Assembly (NCBI GenBank): GCA_038279365.1
Contig: JAYODI010000118.1
Coordinates: forward strand, 1-13,229
Source of the DNA: Candidatus Latescibacterota bacterium
GTDB taxonomy: Bacteria > Latescibacterota > UBA2968
Direction: 5' to 3'
DNA length: 13,229 nucleotides
Part shown: in pieces, positions 1-7,803 of the stretch
Layout: each line of letters begins with the position of its first letter
Numbering within the stretch: position 1 is the stretch's first letter
Program-made: the position numbers and the translations under genes
The notes under the pieces: generated by a model
Database searches by the model: none
Seen by the model: the letters and a program-made list of their open reading frames with translations, nothing else
What the model was told of the DNA's origin: nothing

Positions 1-69
1 ACAGATTGTGGTGAAGATTTGGTGTCTTGTGACGATGTTGATGATATGTTTAAGAAATTGGATATCTGA
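1..69 (+). CDS. 3' end (partial, runs off the left edge) of a probable type II toxin-antitoxin antitoxin, RelB/DinJ family
   Basis: Frame 1 reads TDCGEDLVSCDDVDDMFKKLDI then TGA at 67-69. This resembles the acidic C-terminal 'G.dl...dd.ddmfkkLgi' tail of RelB/DinJ antitoxins. Only 22 residues are visible. Confidence 0.55.
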   Translation, partial: TDCGEDLVSCDDVDDMFKKLDI

Positions 70-91
70 TGCTTCGACACATCTGTAAACA

Positions 92-125
92 AAAAAGGGA
101 TCGCGAAATTTCGCGATCCCTTTTT
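92..125. terminator. Bidirectional intrinsic terminator (perfect 34-bp palindrome)
   Basis: AAAAAGGGATCGCGAAA|TTTCGCGATCCCTTTTT: a GC-rich stem with a T-tract on each strand, lying between convergent stop codons at 67-69 (+) and 142-144 (-). Confidence 0.9.
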
Positions 126-141
126 AAATGTGTCCATACTT

Positions 142-2106
142 TTAGCGTGATAGATCAATGCTTTGTTGTTCGCCATTGACCGTGAGGTGAAATGTTGCGG
201 TGGTGTCTGTGAGGTCAACGGAGAGATCGACAATGGGTTTGTCGTTTTGGCGAATGACATAGGCCGATGCGTAGGTGGTTTTGTGAGCATGACGGCGAGA
301 GATGACCATTGGAAGTTTTTCGGAGGGGGGATTGCCACAGCCGATGCCGGTGAATATTTCGGTGTTGGGTGATTGGGTTTGAATGAGTGTTACGTTTGCA
401 TCATCAAGTGACCAATGCGCTGTCCAGGTGTTGTTGGTTTGTGCGGTTTGTGGATTGGCAACGTGTTGGTAGCCGTGTTCGGTGCCGAGTGGGTTGCAAG
501 GTGATAAGGGTAATGGAGATGAGAATGCACCTTTGCAATGAAAGACCCAATCGTAAGCGTGTTCTTTTTCGCTATGGAGATCAACAAGGTCGAGCACGAT
601 GCCGTTGTTGAGGAGGGCAATGGTGCGTTTAAACTGTACGCCGGGATAAGCATCGTTTGCTGAAGCCGATGCGATGCGTATGTTGTTGCGTATGTCGAAG
701 CTAAGTAATTCACCTGTGCAAGGTGCTTGGGGTTGTTGATCGACGAGGACGGTGTTGTGTGAGAGTGTGGTTTTGAACCATTCGAGGTGGAGCGGTACGC
801 CGTATTGAATGGAGCCAGGATCGGGTGCGAGTTCGTGGCCTGCGCCAAAAAGGATGATGCCGAGTTTGTCGGGATGCCCGTGACCACCGCCGTGAGGGCC
901 ATAGTCGAGGCTGACAACGGTGGGGTTTTGATGTGTGCCGTCGCGTAGAATTGCAATGCCCGATGTGGAGAAGTCAATGCTCTCAGTTGTTTCGGGTGGT
1001 TGGGAATTTGTGATGGATTGACCAAAACAAAGTGCAAAATAACTTGAGCGATCGCGGTTTTCAATTAGACCTGCGTAACGTGGATCATGCCAACGTGTGT
1101 AGGCCAGTTCATAGGCTTCGGCATTGGTGATTTTACGGCTGCTGCCACTGTCGTTGAGTGCGGGCAGGTGGAGACCCGGAAAAGCAAAATTGAGGGGTGC
1201 ATCGTAGAAAGATTTGTATCGGTCGTTGTAAACGTCAATGCCAATGTGTCTGACTGCTTCAGTTAGGGGCCAAAGAGCTTGCATGGTGTAGAAGTGATAC
1301 CCCCAAGAAGATTCATACCAAAATCCATCGTCGAGAATGCCTTGGGCGATTTGGTTTTTGAGGCCGAGTTCTCCTTCTATGGCATTATAAGCCAGTTCGT
1401 GATCGTTGCAACACAGGGCGGCCAAACCGGCAGCGGCGTTCATCCAACAGCGGATGTTATGAATTTTGAGATCGCGGCGAATGACTTCGCGCCCACCAGG
1501 GTTGAGCATGTTGTTACAAATGTGTTGACGCTCTTCATGGGTCAGTGTTTCGGCAATGAGATCATAGGCCCAACAAATATTGACCAGCCAAGTAGACTCG
1601 GCCAAGTTGGTGGCATAAACACGCGCGGCAAGACCTGTGTTAAGCTTGCCCAGTTTGTCTTCAAGTGGAAAGGTGAGATAGATATCGGCGTAGCCAAGGA
1701 GGATTTTTTTTGCGGCTGGCAGATATTTTTCGTCTTGGGTGAGTTGATAGGCGAGTCCCAAGTCTCTGGCTGCTTCGCCCAAGGCATTGTGTTTTCCGGT
1801 GATGATGCAGCGATCATACAATTCGCCCGTATAGATTTTGTTACAGGTGGGGCATTTGTGTTCTGTGTCGTTTATGTTTTGGAGGCGACTGCCATCTTTT
1901 TCACAGGCATAATAGTGTGTCCACTGGCCTTTTTGTGTGGGAATGACGATATTTGAGGCGGCGTATTGGTCTGCATGGGTGATGAGTTTGTCAAAGGCTT
2001 TTTTGGCCCAAGGTTGTGTGTCAACTTTGGTGCAGATGGCATCGAGTTCTTTTTTATTGAGAATAAGACCGGGGTGTTGAATGGGATCAAATTTGAGTGT
2101 GGACAT
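142..2106 (-). CDS. Polysaccharide lyase: alginate-lyase-type alpha/alpha toroid plus heparinase II/III C-terminal domain (PL17/PL15-like architecture), 654 aa
   Basis: Long ORF with motifs HNIRCWMNAA, DGFWYESSWGYHFY, PALND, DYGPHGGGHGHPDKL and WFKTTLSHNTVLVD, typical of oligo-alginate lyase/heparinase II/III proteins. Start placed at MSTLKF (ATG 2106) because GGAG lies 7 nt upstream; the ORF track extends to 2136. No signal peptide seen. Confidence 0.85.
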   Translation of the reverse strand: MSTLKFDPIQHPGLILNKKELDAICTKVDTQPWAKKAFDKLITHADQYAASNIVIPTQKGQWTHYYACEKDGSRLQNINDTEHKCPTCNKIYTGELYDRCIITGKHNALGEAARDLGLAYQLTQDEKYLPAAKKILLGYADIYLTFPLEDKLGKLNTGLAARVYATNLAESTWLVNICWAYDLIAETLTHEERQHICNNMLNPGGREVIRRDLKIHNIRCWMNAAAGLAALCCNDHELAYNAIEGELGLKNQIAQGILDDGFWYESSWGYHFYTMQALWPLTEAVRHIGIDVYNDRYKSFYDAPLNFAFPGLHLPALNDSGSSRKITNAEAYELAYTRWHDPRYAGLIENRDRSSYFALCFGQSITNSQPPETTESIDFSTSGIAILRDGTHQNPTVVSLDYGPHGGGHGHPDKLGIILFGAGHELAPDPGSIQYGVPLHLEWFKTTLSHNTVLVDQQPQAPCTGELLSFDIRNNIRIASASANDAYPGVQFKRTIALLNNGIVLDLVDLHSEKEHAYDWVFHCKGAFSSPLPLSPCNPLGTEHGYQHVANPQTAQTNNTWTAHWSLDDANVTLIQTQSPNTEIFTGIGCGNPPSEKLPMVISRRHAHKTTYASAYVIRQNDKPIVDLSVDLTDTTATFHLTVNGEQQSIDLSR

Positions 2107-2291
2107 GATGCGTCTCCGTTGTGATTGCGTATGCACCCTTCTATGTGGTGTGTGAGTGGCCTTGTATGTGAATCTTTGAAGATAAAAAAGATGCTTGATT
2201 AAATGGTGAAGAACCGTTTGTTTCTTGTGTTGCTGATTTAATATACGTGTATCATTTGAGATAAAAATAATAAAATGAACGGGAGAATGAG

Positions 2292-3299
2292 ATGGCTGAA
2301 ATGAATCGTCAAATTACATTGGCAGCGCGCCCTAAGGGGATGCCAAAACCAACAGATTTTAAATTGATAGAAACACCGATGCCTGAAATTGGTGGTGGCG
2401 AAATTTTGGTGAAGACCTTGTTTTTGTCGGTTGACCCTTATATGCGTGGGCGTATGAACGGTGGGGTGTCTTATGTTCGGGGGTGGGATATTGGTGAGGT
2501 TTTGGGTGGTGGTACAGTAGGAGAAGTGATTCAGTCGAATGATCATACGTTGCAACCAGGCGATATTGTGCAATCGCAAATGGGTTGGCAAGCGTATGGC
2601 AAGGCAATAGGATCTGAGGTGCGCAAGGTGGACCCCGATTTGGCCCCCATTTCAACGTCGTTGGGTGTTTTGGGTATGCCAGGGTTAACGGCTTATTTTG
2701 GTTTGTTGGATGTGGGTAAACCGAAGAAGGATGAGACGGTGGTGGTTTCTGGTGCGGCTGGTGCGGTGGGGTCACTGGTGGGGCAAATAGCCAAGTTGAA
2801 GGGATGCCGTGCCGTTGGCATTGCGGGCAGCAGTGAAAAGGTGGCCTATATTGTGGATGATTTGGGGTTTGATGGGGCGTTCAATTATAAGCGTGTGACA
2901 GATTATGGCTCTGAATTAAAACGCCAATGCCCAGAAGGTGTGGATGTGTATTTTGACAATGTGGGTGGGCAAATTTCAGATGCTGTTTTTTCACACATGA
3001 ATGTGTTTGGGCGCATTTCTGTGTGTGGACAAATTTCACAATACAATTTGTCTTTGCCCGAACCTGGACCACGCACGACCTGGCATTTTATTGTGCAACG
3101 ATTGAATATGCGTGGTTTTTTGGTGTTTGATTTTGCTGAACACTATGGCAAGGCACTCAAAGAGATGGCTGAATGGGTGCAAGCGGGCAAGCTGAAATAT
3201 CGCGAAGATATTTGGGATGGATTGGAAAATGCGCCCGAGGCGTTTATTGATATGTTGCAAGGTGGCAATGTGGGAAAACGGTTGGTGAAGGTTGCTTAA
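2292..3299 (+). CDS. NADP-dependent oxidoreductase, zinc-independent MDR family (prostaglandin reductase / YncB-CurA-like alkenal reductase), 335 aa
   Basis: Motifs LAARPKGMP, LSVDPYMRGRM, LGVLGMPGLTAYFGL, VSGAAGAVGS, GVDVYFDNVGG, CGQISQYN and GGNVGK. RBS GGGAG at 2281-2285. Confidence 0.95.
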   Translation: MAEMNRQITLAARPKGMPKPTDFKLIETPMPEIGGGEILVKTLFLSVDPYMRGRMNGGVSYVRGWDIGEVLGGGTVGEVIQSNDHTLQPGDIVQSQMGWQAYGKAIGSEVRKVDPDLAPISTSLGVLGMPGLTAYFGLLDVGKPKKDETVVVSGAAGAVGSLVGQIAKLKGCRAVGIAGSSEKVAYIVDDLGFDGAFNYKRVTDYGSELKRQCPEGVDVYFDNVGGQISDAVFSHMNVFGRISVCGQISQYNLSLPEPGPRTTWHFIVQRLNMRGFLVFDFAEHYGKALKEMAEWVQAGKLKYREDIWDGLENAPEAFIDMLQGGNVGKRLVKVA

Positions 3300-3335
3300 A
3301 CATTAAAATTGTAGCGTATTATTTGATGATATGTT

Positions 3336-3368
3336 GCACCCCAAGCTTACGGCTTGGGGTGCTTTTTT
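3336..3368 (+). terminator. Rho-independent terminator
   Basis: Perfect 11-bp stem GCACCCCAAGC-ttacg-GCTTGGGGTGC followed by TTTTTT, 36 nt after the oxidoreductase stop. Confidence 0.9.
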
Positions 3369-3472
3369 GTGTTTTGAAAAGTGTATGAGTGCGTATATTG
3401 TCATTTGAATAATGTTATGGCAAGTATGGAGCCTTTGTTTGTAGATGAGAAGTCTTCTGATAAGGGAATGAA

Positions 3473-4225
3473 ATGACAGATCAACAGGTTGACCATTTTC
3501 AGCGCAATGGATTTTTCTTTGTGCCCAATGTGGTGGGCCATGATGCCATGGTGGAAGTCGATTGGCGACAACGCACGGTATCATCACAGTGGGAGCAGAT
3601 TCAGTGGCCAGAGGGGATGAACAAAGGAGCGTGCCAGTTTTTTATGGTGGGTGAACCGTTGTTTGTGGCGGTGGAGCGGCCCGAAGTTGTGGCGATGGCC
3701 AAGCAGATTTTGGGTGTGGATGAAGTTCATATTGGGGCATGTGGTTTGGGTGATGCGTCTAAGATTGTGTCGGCAGATGGGCGCTTGCGTCAGCAAGTGC
3801 ATTGGCATGCCGATGGCAGCCCAGAGGTCAAACAAGTGTCTTTGCGCACGGCCTTGGACAGGCACGACCCAAGCAATGCGCCTTTGCGTGTGTTGCCAGG
3901 TACACATTTGCGACCCCGTGATGAGGTGATGGAAGAATTGCGAAATGTGGAAATTGCCACGGGGCAACACGATGAGATGCCTGAGCACTTTTTTGCCAAA
4001 CACCCTCATGAAATAGAAGTGGTGCTTGACCCACGTTGGACACTGGTGTGGACGCCAAGTTGTTGGCACGCAACGGGTGTGAAAACAGCGGCAGGGCCGC
4101 GACGCGCAATGGCGTGGAATTACTTTCCGGCGGGTGGGCGTAAGCGTGATATAGAAGCATTGAAGCATGTGGTGGAGGGGTGGGAAGATTGGTCAGACGA
4201 GCGGAAACGGCTTTGGGGGCTTTAG
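3473..4225 (+). CDS. Phytanoyl-CoA dioxygenase (PhyH) family Fe(II)/2-oxoglutarate dioxygenase, 250 aa
   Basis: N-terminal QQVDHFQRNGFFFVPNV, HxD motif (VHWHADG), PLRVLPGTH, distal His (CWHATG) and the 2OG-binding Arg region (PRRAMAWNY). Confidence 0.88.
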   Translation: MTDQQVDHFQRNGFFFVPNVVGHDAMVEVDWRQRTVSSQWEQIQWPEGMNKGACQFFMVGEPLFVAVERPEVVAMAKQILGVDEVHIGACGLGDASKIVSADGRLRQQVHWHADGSPEVKQVSLRTALDRHDPSNAPLRVLPGTHLRPRDEVMEELRNVEIATGQHDEMPEHFFAKHPHEIEVVLDPRWTLVWTPSCWHATGVKTAAGPRRAMAWNYFPAGGRKRDIEALKHVVEGWEDWSDERKRLWGL

Positions 4226-4320
4226 ATCATTAAAAATACAAAATTTAAAAGCGATTGGATCATTGGAAAGTTTTGCGCAAAAAAACGGATCTTGCGCGCC
4301 CATATGAGATGTTGATTATT

Positions 4321-4357
4321 AGCACGGTCTCAGTATTTTACTGGGGCTGTGTTTTTT
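4321..4357 (+). terminator. Probable rho-independent terminator
   Basis: AGCACGGTCTCAGTA-ttt-TACTGGGGCTGTGTT forms a 15-bp stem with several G-U pairs, which pair only in the + strand RNA. It ends in a T-tract (4352-4357), about 95 nt after the PhyH stop. Confidence 0.7.
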
Positions 4358-4493
4358 ATATTTTGAGTTGTGGTGAGGGTTTTTAATATGAATCGGTTTG
4401 AAGCCCTTCATCAAAAAACCAGCGTTACTGGATCGGGTTTGGGAAGTCATCTGGTTGCGGCATGATAGTTGAAGAGCAGATCATATAACATAG

Positions 4494-5954
4494 GTGAATG
4501 ATATGATATTGAACTACCACTTGATGCATCCGGGTGCTGACAGCATGCCGGGAGATCCGAATGCGGCCTACTGTCTCGATGGGGTTTACCATTTGCATTA
4601 CATTCTCGCTCACCCCTGGAAAGATGGTAAATCCTTTAGCTTTGTGCATGTCACCAGTTCCGACATGTTGCATTGGACTTGGCAGACGACCAAACTTCAG
4701 CCTTCTTTCACAGGACATGGCATGTTCAGTGGCACGGGCTTCCTGACAAAGGAGGGTGTTCCGGCGGTCATCTATCATGGCCAAGGTTCGGGCCGGAACC
4801 AGATCGCGTTTGCCAAAGACCGGCATCTTTCCGAATGGGAGCCGCCCTATCCGATTGAGGTTCACCATCCCGACGGCAGTGACGCAGAACTCAAAAAGCA
4901 TTGGGACCCTGATTGTTTTTTGATTGGCGATACGTATTACGCGATCTCAGGGGGTGTGAAGCCGCCCCTGTTTAAGTCGACCGATTTGCAGAACTGGACG
5001 CTTGTTGGCGACTTCCTCCGTCACGATTTGCCAGACACCATGATCGGCGAAGACATCTCTTGCCCGAACTTCTTCTCACTCGGAGAGAAGTGGATGCTCC
5101 TTTGCATTAGCCATCCACTTGGTTGTCGCTATTATATTGGTGAGTGGGACGCGGAGGCCGAGATGTTCATACCAGAGACGCACGGGCGCATGAACGGGCG
5201 ACGCGATGAACAACCCGTTTATGGTTTGTTTCAACGGACTGATTTCTTTGCTCCAGAAAGCGTTCTCACCCCAGACAGTCGTCGCGTCATGTGGGCTTGG
5301 CTTACATCTGTGGGCCCAGACGACGCAGTGCTGAACAAAACGATCCAATCCCTTCCGCGCGAATTGAGTTTGCCTGCAGATGGCATCTTGCGCATCAAGC
5401 CGTTGCGCGAACTTGAAGCACAGCGGTTTGATCACGTTACGCTTGATGATGTTGTCATTGCGCATCCGATCACCGGGCACCGCGAGAAAGTGCCTCCCAC
5501 AGATGCACCAGCCCTGCAAAACATTGTAGAACTCGATGGCGATGCATACGAAATTTGCATTGTCATTTCGCGAGAACAGGCGCTGCGCAAACTCTTTGGC
5601 TTTGTCCTATTCGCAGATCAAGATGGCAGGGGGCTGTCGATTATGTTGCGCCCAGATGCGGGCACGCTACGCGTTGGCACAACTGAAGCCCCATTTGCCG
5701 TGGCAGATCTGCCTGATGGCGAGGATGTAGAGTTGCGTATTTTTGTCGACAAATATCTTGTTGAGGTGTTTGCCAATTCGCGCCAAGCCGTGCTTGCTGC
5801 CCATATGGACTACTCAAAAAAGCATCGGCTTGACGCATTCAGTGTCGGTGAAAAAACGGCCATCAAGAAAATTGAAATATGGAAGTTGAAACCTACAAAC
5901 CAAGGTTTTTTTGACGCGCAGATCAACCCCATATGGCACCCAGAAAGACAATAA
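4494..5954 (+). CDS. Glycoside hydrolase family 32-like protein (5-bladed propeller plus C-terminal beta-sandwich) with non-canonical catalytic motifs, 486 aa
   Basis: YHLMHP..PGDPNAAYCLDGVYHLHY (WMNDPNG region), HVTSSDMLHW, FSGTG, WDP, SCPNFF, FFAPES, RRVMWAW, SLPREL and LRIFVDKYLVEVFAN (GH32 C-terminal signature). Start is GTG 4494 or ATG 4503 (AGGTGA at 4492-4497 as RBS). Confidence 0.85.
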   Translation: MNDMILNYHLMHPGADSMPGDPNAAYCLDGVYHLHYILAHPWKDGKSFSFVHVTSSDMLHWTWQTTKLQPSFTGHGMFSGTGFLTKEGVPAVIYHGQGSGRNQIAFAKDRHLSEWEPPYPIEVHHPDGSDAELKKHWDPDCFLIGDTYYAISGGVKPPLFKSTDLQNWTLVGDFLRHDLPDTMIGEDISCPNFFSLGEKWMLLCISHPLGCRYYIGEWDAEAEMFIPETHGRMNGRRDEQPVYGLFQRTDFFAPESVLTPDSRRVMWAWLTSVGPDDAVLNKTIQSLPRELSLPADGILRIKPLRELEAQRFDHVTLDDVVIAHPITGHREKVPPTDAPALQNIVELDGDAYEICIVISREQALRKLFGFVLFADQDGRGLSIMLRPDAGTLRVGTTEAPFAVADLPDGEDVELRIFVDKYLVEVFANSRQAVLAAHMDYSKKHRLDAFSVGEKTAIKKIEIWKLKPTNQGFFDAQINPIWHPERQ

Positions 5955-5966
5955 GGAGACAGATTT

Positions 5967-7733
5967 GTGAAGCGTTTACAACCCAATGTTATTTTGATTA
6001 TTACCGACGACCAAGGGTATGGTGATTTGGGTTGTCATGGCAACCCCGTTGCACAAACGCCACACTTAGATGCTTTGTATAAAGACAGTATTCGATTGAT
6101 GGATTTTCATGTGGCGCCTATGTGTACGCCAACGCGTGGGCAATTGTTAACGGGTGTGGATGCGGCACGCAATGGTGCGATCAATGTGAGCAGTGGGCGC
6201 ACACTTTTGCGTGCTGATTTGCCAACGATGGCCAATATTTTTCAGGACAGTGGGTATCGTACGGGTTTGTTTGGCAAATGGCATTTGGGCGACAACTATC
6301 CGTATCGTCCTCAAGATCGTGGTTTTGAGGAAAGCTTGTGGTTTCCGTCTTCGCATATCAGTTCGGTGCCCGATTATTGGGAGAATGATTATTTTGATGA
6401 TGTGTATTGTCATAATGGCACACGGAAGGAGCAGGAAGGGTATTGTACGAACGTGTTTTTTAACGCGGCAAAGACTTGGATGCAAGAACGTATTGATGCA
6501 TCGGAACCTTTTTTTACACTCTTGCCGACCAATGCACCTCATGGGCCACTTTTTGTGCCGGTTGAAGATCGCGAAGCGATTGAGGCGGTATTTGCTGAGA
6601 AGGAACATTTGTTGCCTGAGCTTTCGGACACGTTGAGAAAAAACATCATTCGTTTTTTGGCGATGATTCGGAATTTGGACACGGAGGTGGGGGCACTTCG
6701 GGCGTTTTTAGAACAGCAAGGTGTGGCACGCAATACGATTTTGATGTTTATGACGGACAATGGGAGTACGTTTGGACCGACCTATTACAATGCGGGGATG
6801 CGTGGCCAAAAGACACAATTGTGGGAAGGGGGCCATCGGGTACCGTTTTTCTTTTATTGGCCAAATGGCGATGTGGGTGAGGCGCGGGAAATTGAGGGTT
6901 TGACGCAGGTGCAAGATATTTTGCCGACTTTGATGGATTTGTGTGAATTGAAAGTGCCCAGTGATTTAGAAATGGATGGTATCAGCTTGGCCCCTGTTTT
7001 CAAGGAGGACGCACCTGTCCCAGAAGATCGCATGTTGACCATCAATTACAGTCGTATGCCTGGCGCACTGGATTATCCCACGCCTGATAGTCCGGCCATT
7101 ATGAGACGCGAAGGTGCGGCTGTGCTTTGGAAGCGGTGGCGTTTGCTTGAGGGTACGGCGCTTTATGATTTGGAAAGTGATCCAGGACAAGAGCGCGATG
7201 TGGCCGAGTTGTATCCTGATATTGCGCGTCAGATGCGCAATCATTTGGATGCTTGGTGGCAAGATGTGGAACCTGTAGCCAATCAAGTACAGCGGATTAT
7301 TATTGGCAGTGAGGCCGAAAACCCGATGACACTTTCTTCGTGTGAGTGGATGGATATTTTTGTGGATCAACAGCGTCAGATACGCGTGGCGGCACGCAAG
7401 AACAGTTATTGGCATTTGCAAGTGGAAAGGGCGGGTACCTATACGTTTGAATTGCGACGTTGGCCACGTGAGAGTGGGCTTGGGTTGCGCGAGGCATGCC
7501 CTGAGACCCAATTGACCGATGGGCAATTGGAAGAGGGTGTGGCGTTGCCTATTGCCCGTGCGCGCGTGATGATCGATGGCCATTTTTATACGGAGCTTGC
7601 CGAACCTGATGATCAAGCGGTTTTGTTTACTGTGGATCTTAAAGCAGGGCAAACGCTGTTGCATACGTGGTTTGATGATGAAAGTCATCAGCCGATTTGC
7701 GGGGCTTATTATGTTTATGTAGAACGTATTTAA
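5967..7733 (+). CDS. Formylglycine-dependent (Cys-type, S1) arylsulfatase with a C-terminal extension, 588 aa
   Basis: PNVILIITDDQGYGD, CTPTR (CxPxR), GKWHLG, PHGP, TDNG and EGGHRVP. GTG start, with an AAGGAG RBS overlapping the GH32 stop (12-nt gap). Confidence 0.95.
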   Translation: MKRLQPNVILIITDDQGYGDLGCHGNPVAQTPHLDALYKDSIRLMDFHVAPMCTPTRGQLLTGVDAARNGAINVSSGRTLLRADLPTMANIFQDSGYRTGLFGKWHLGDNYPYRPQDRGFEESLWFPSSHISSVPDYWENDYFDDVYCHNGTRKEQEGYCTNVFFNAAKTWMQERIDASEPFFTLLPTNAPHGPLFVPVEDREAIEAVFAEKEHLLPELSDTLRKNIIRFLAMIRNLDTEVGALRAFLEQQGVARNTILMFMTDNGSTFGPTYYNAGMRGQKTQLWEGGHRVPFFFYWPNGDVGEAREIEGLTQVQDILPTLMDLCELKVPSDLEMDGISLAPVFKEDAPVPEDRMLTINYSRMPGALDYPTPDSPAIMRREGAAVLWKRWRLLEGTALYDLESDPGQERDVAELYPDIARQMRNHLDAWWQDVEPVANQVQRIIIGSEAENPMTLSSCEWMDIFVDQQRQIRVAARKNSYWHLQVERAGTYTFELRRWPRESGLGLREACPETQLTDGQLEEGVALPIARARVMIDGHFYTELAEPDDQAVLFTVDLKAGQTLLHTWFDDESHQPICGAYYVYVERI

Positions 7734-7803
7734 TTATGAAGTGGTATTTTATTATCTTTTGAAAAACAGTGGTTGATTTCAAACAAAATTAGAGGAGCAG
7801 AAA

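Noticed and set aside
390-1956. ORFs 390-1064 (-), 1279-1956 (+) and smaller ones overlapping the lyase
   Set aside because: Alternative-frame or antisense ORFs inside a well-supported CDS, with no motifs.
2225-2255. Possible sigma70 promoter for the oxidoreductase (TATCAT at 2250-2255)
   Set aside because: Candidate -35 hexamers give spacers of 14 or 19 nt and there is no extended -10, so it is not supportable.
6147-7688. Minus-strand ORFs of 153 aa and 240 aa within the sulfatase
   Set aside because: Antisense shadows with no family resemblance.
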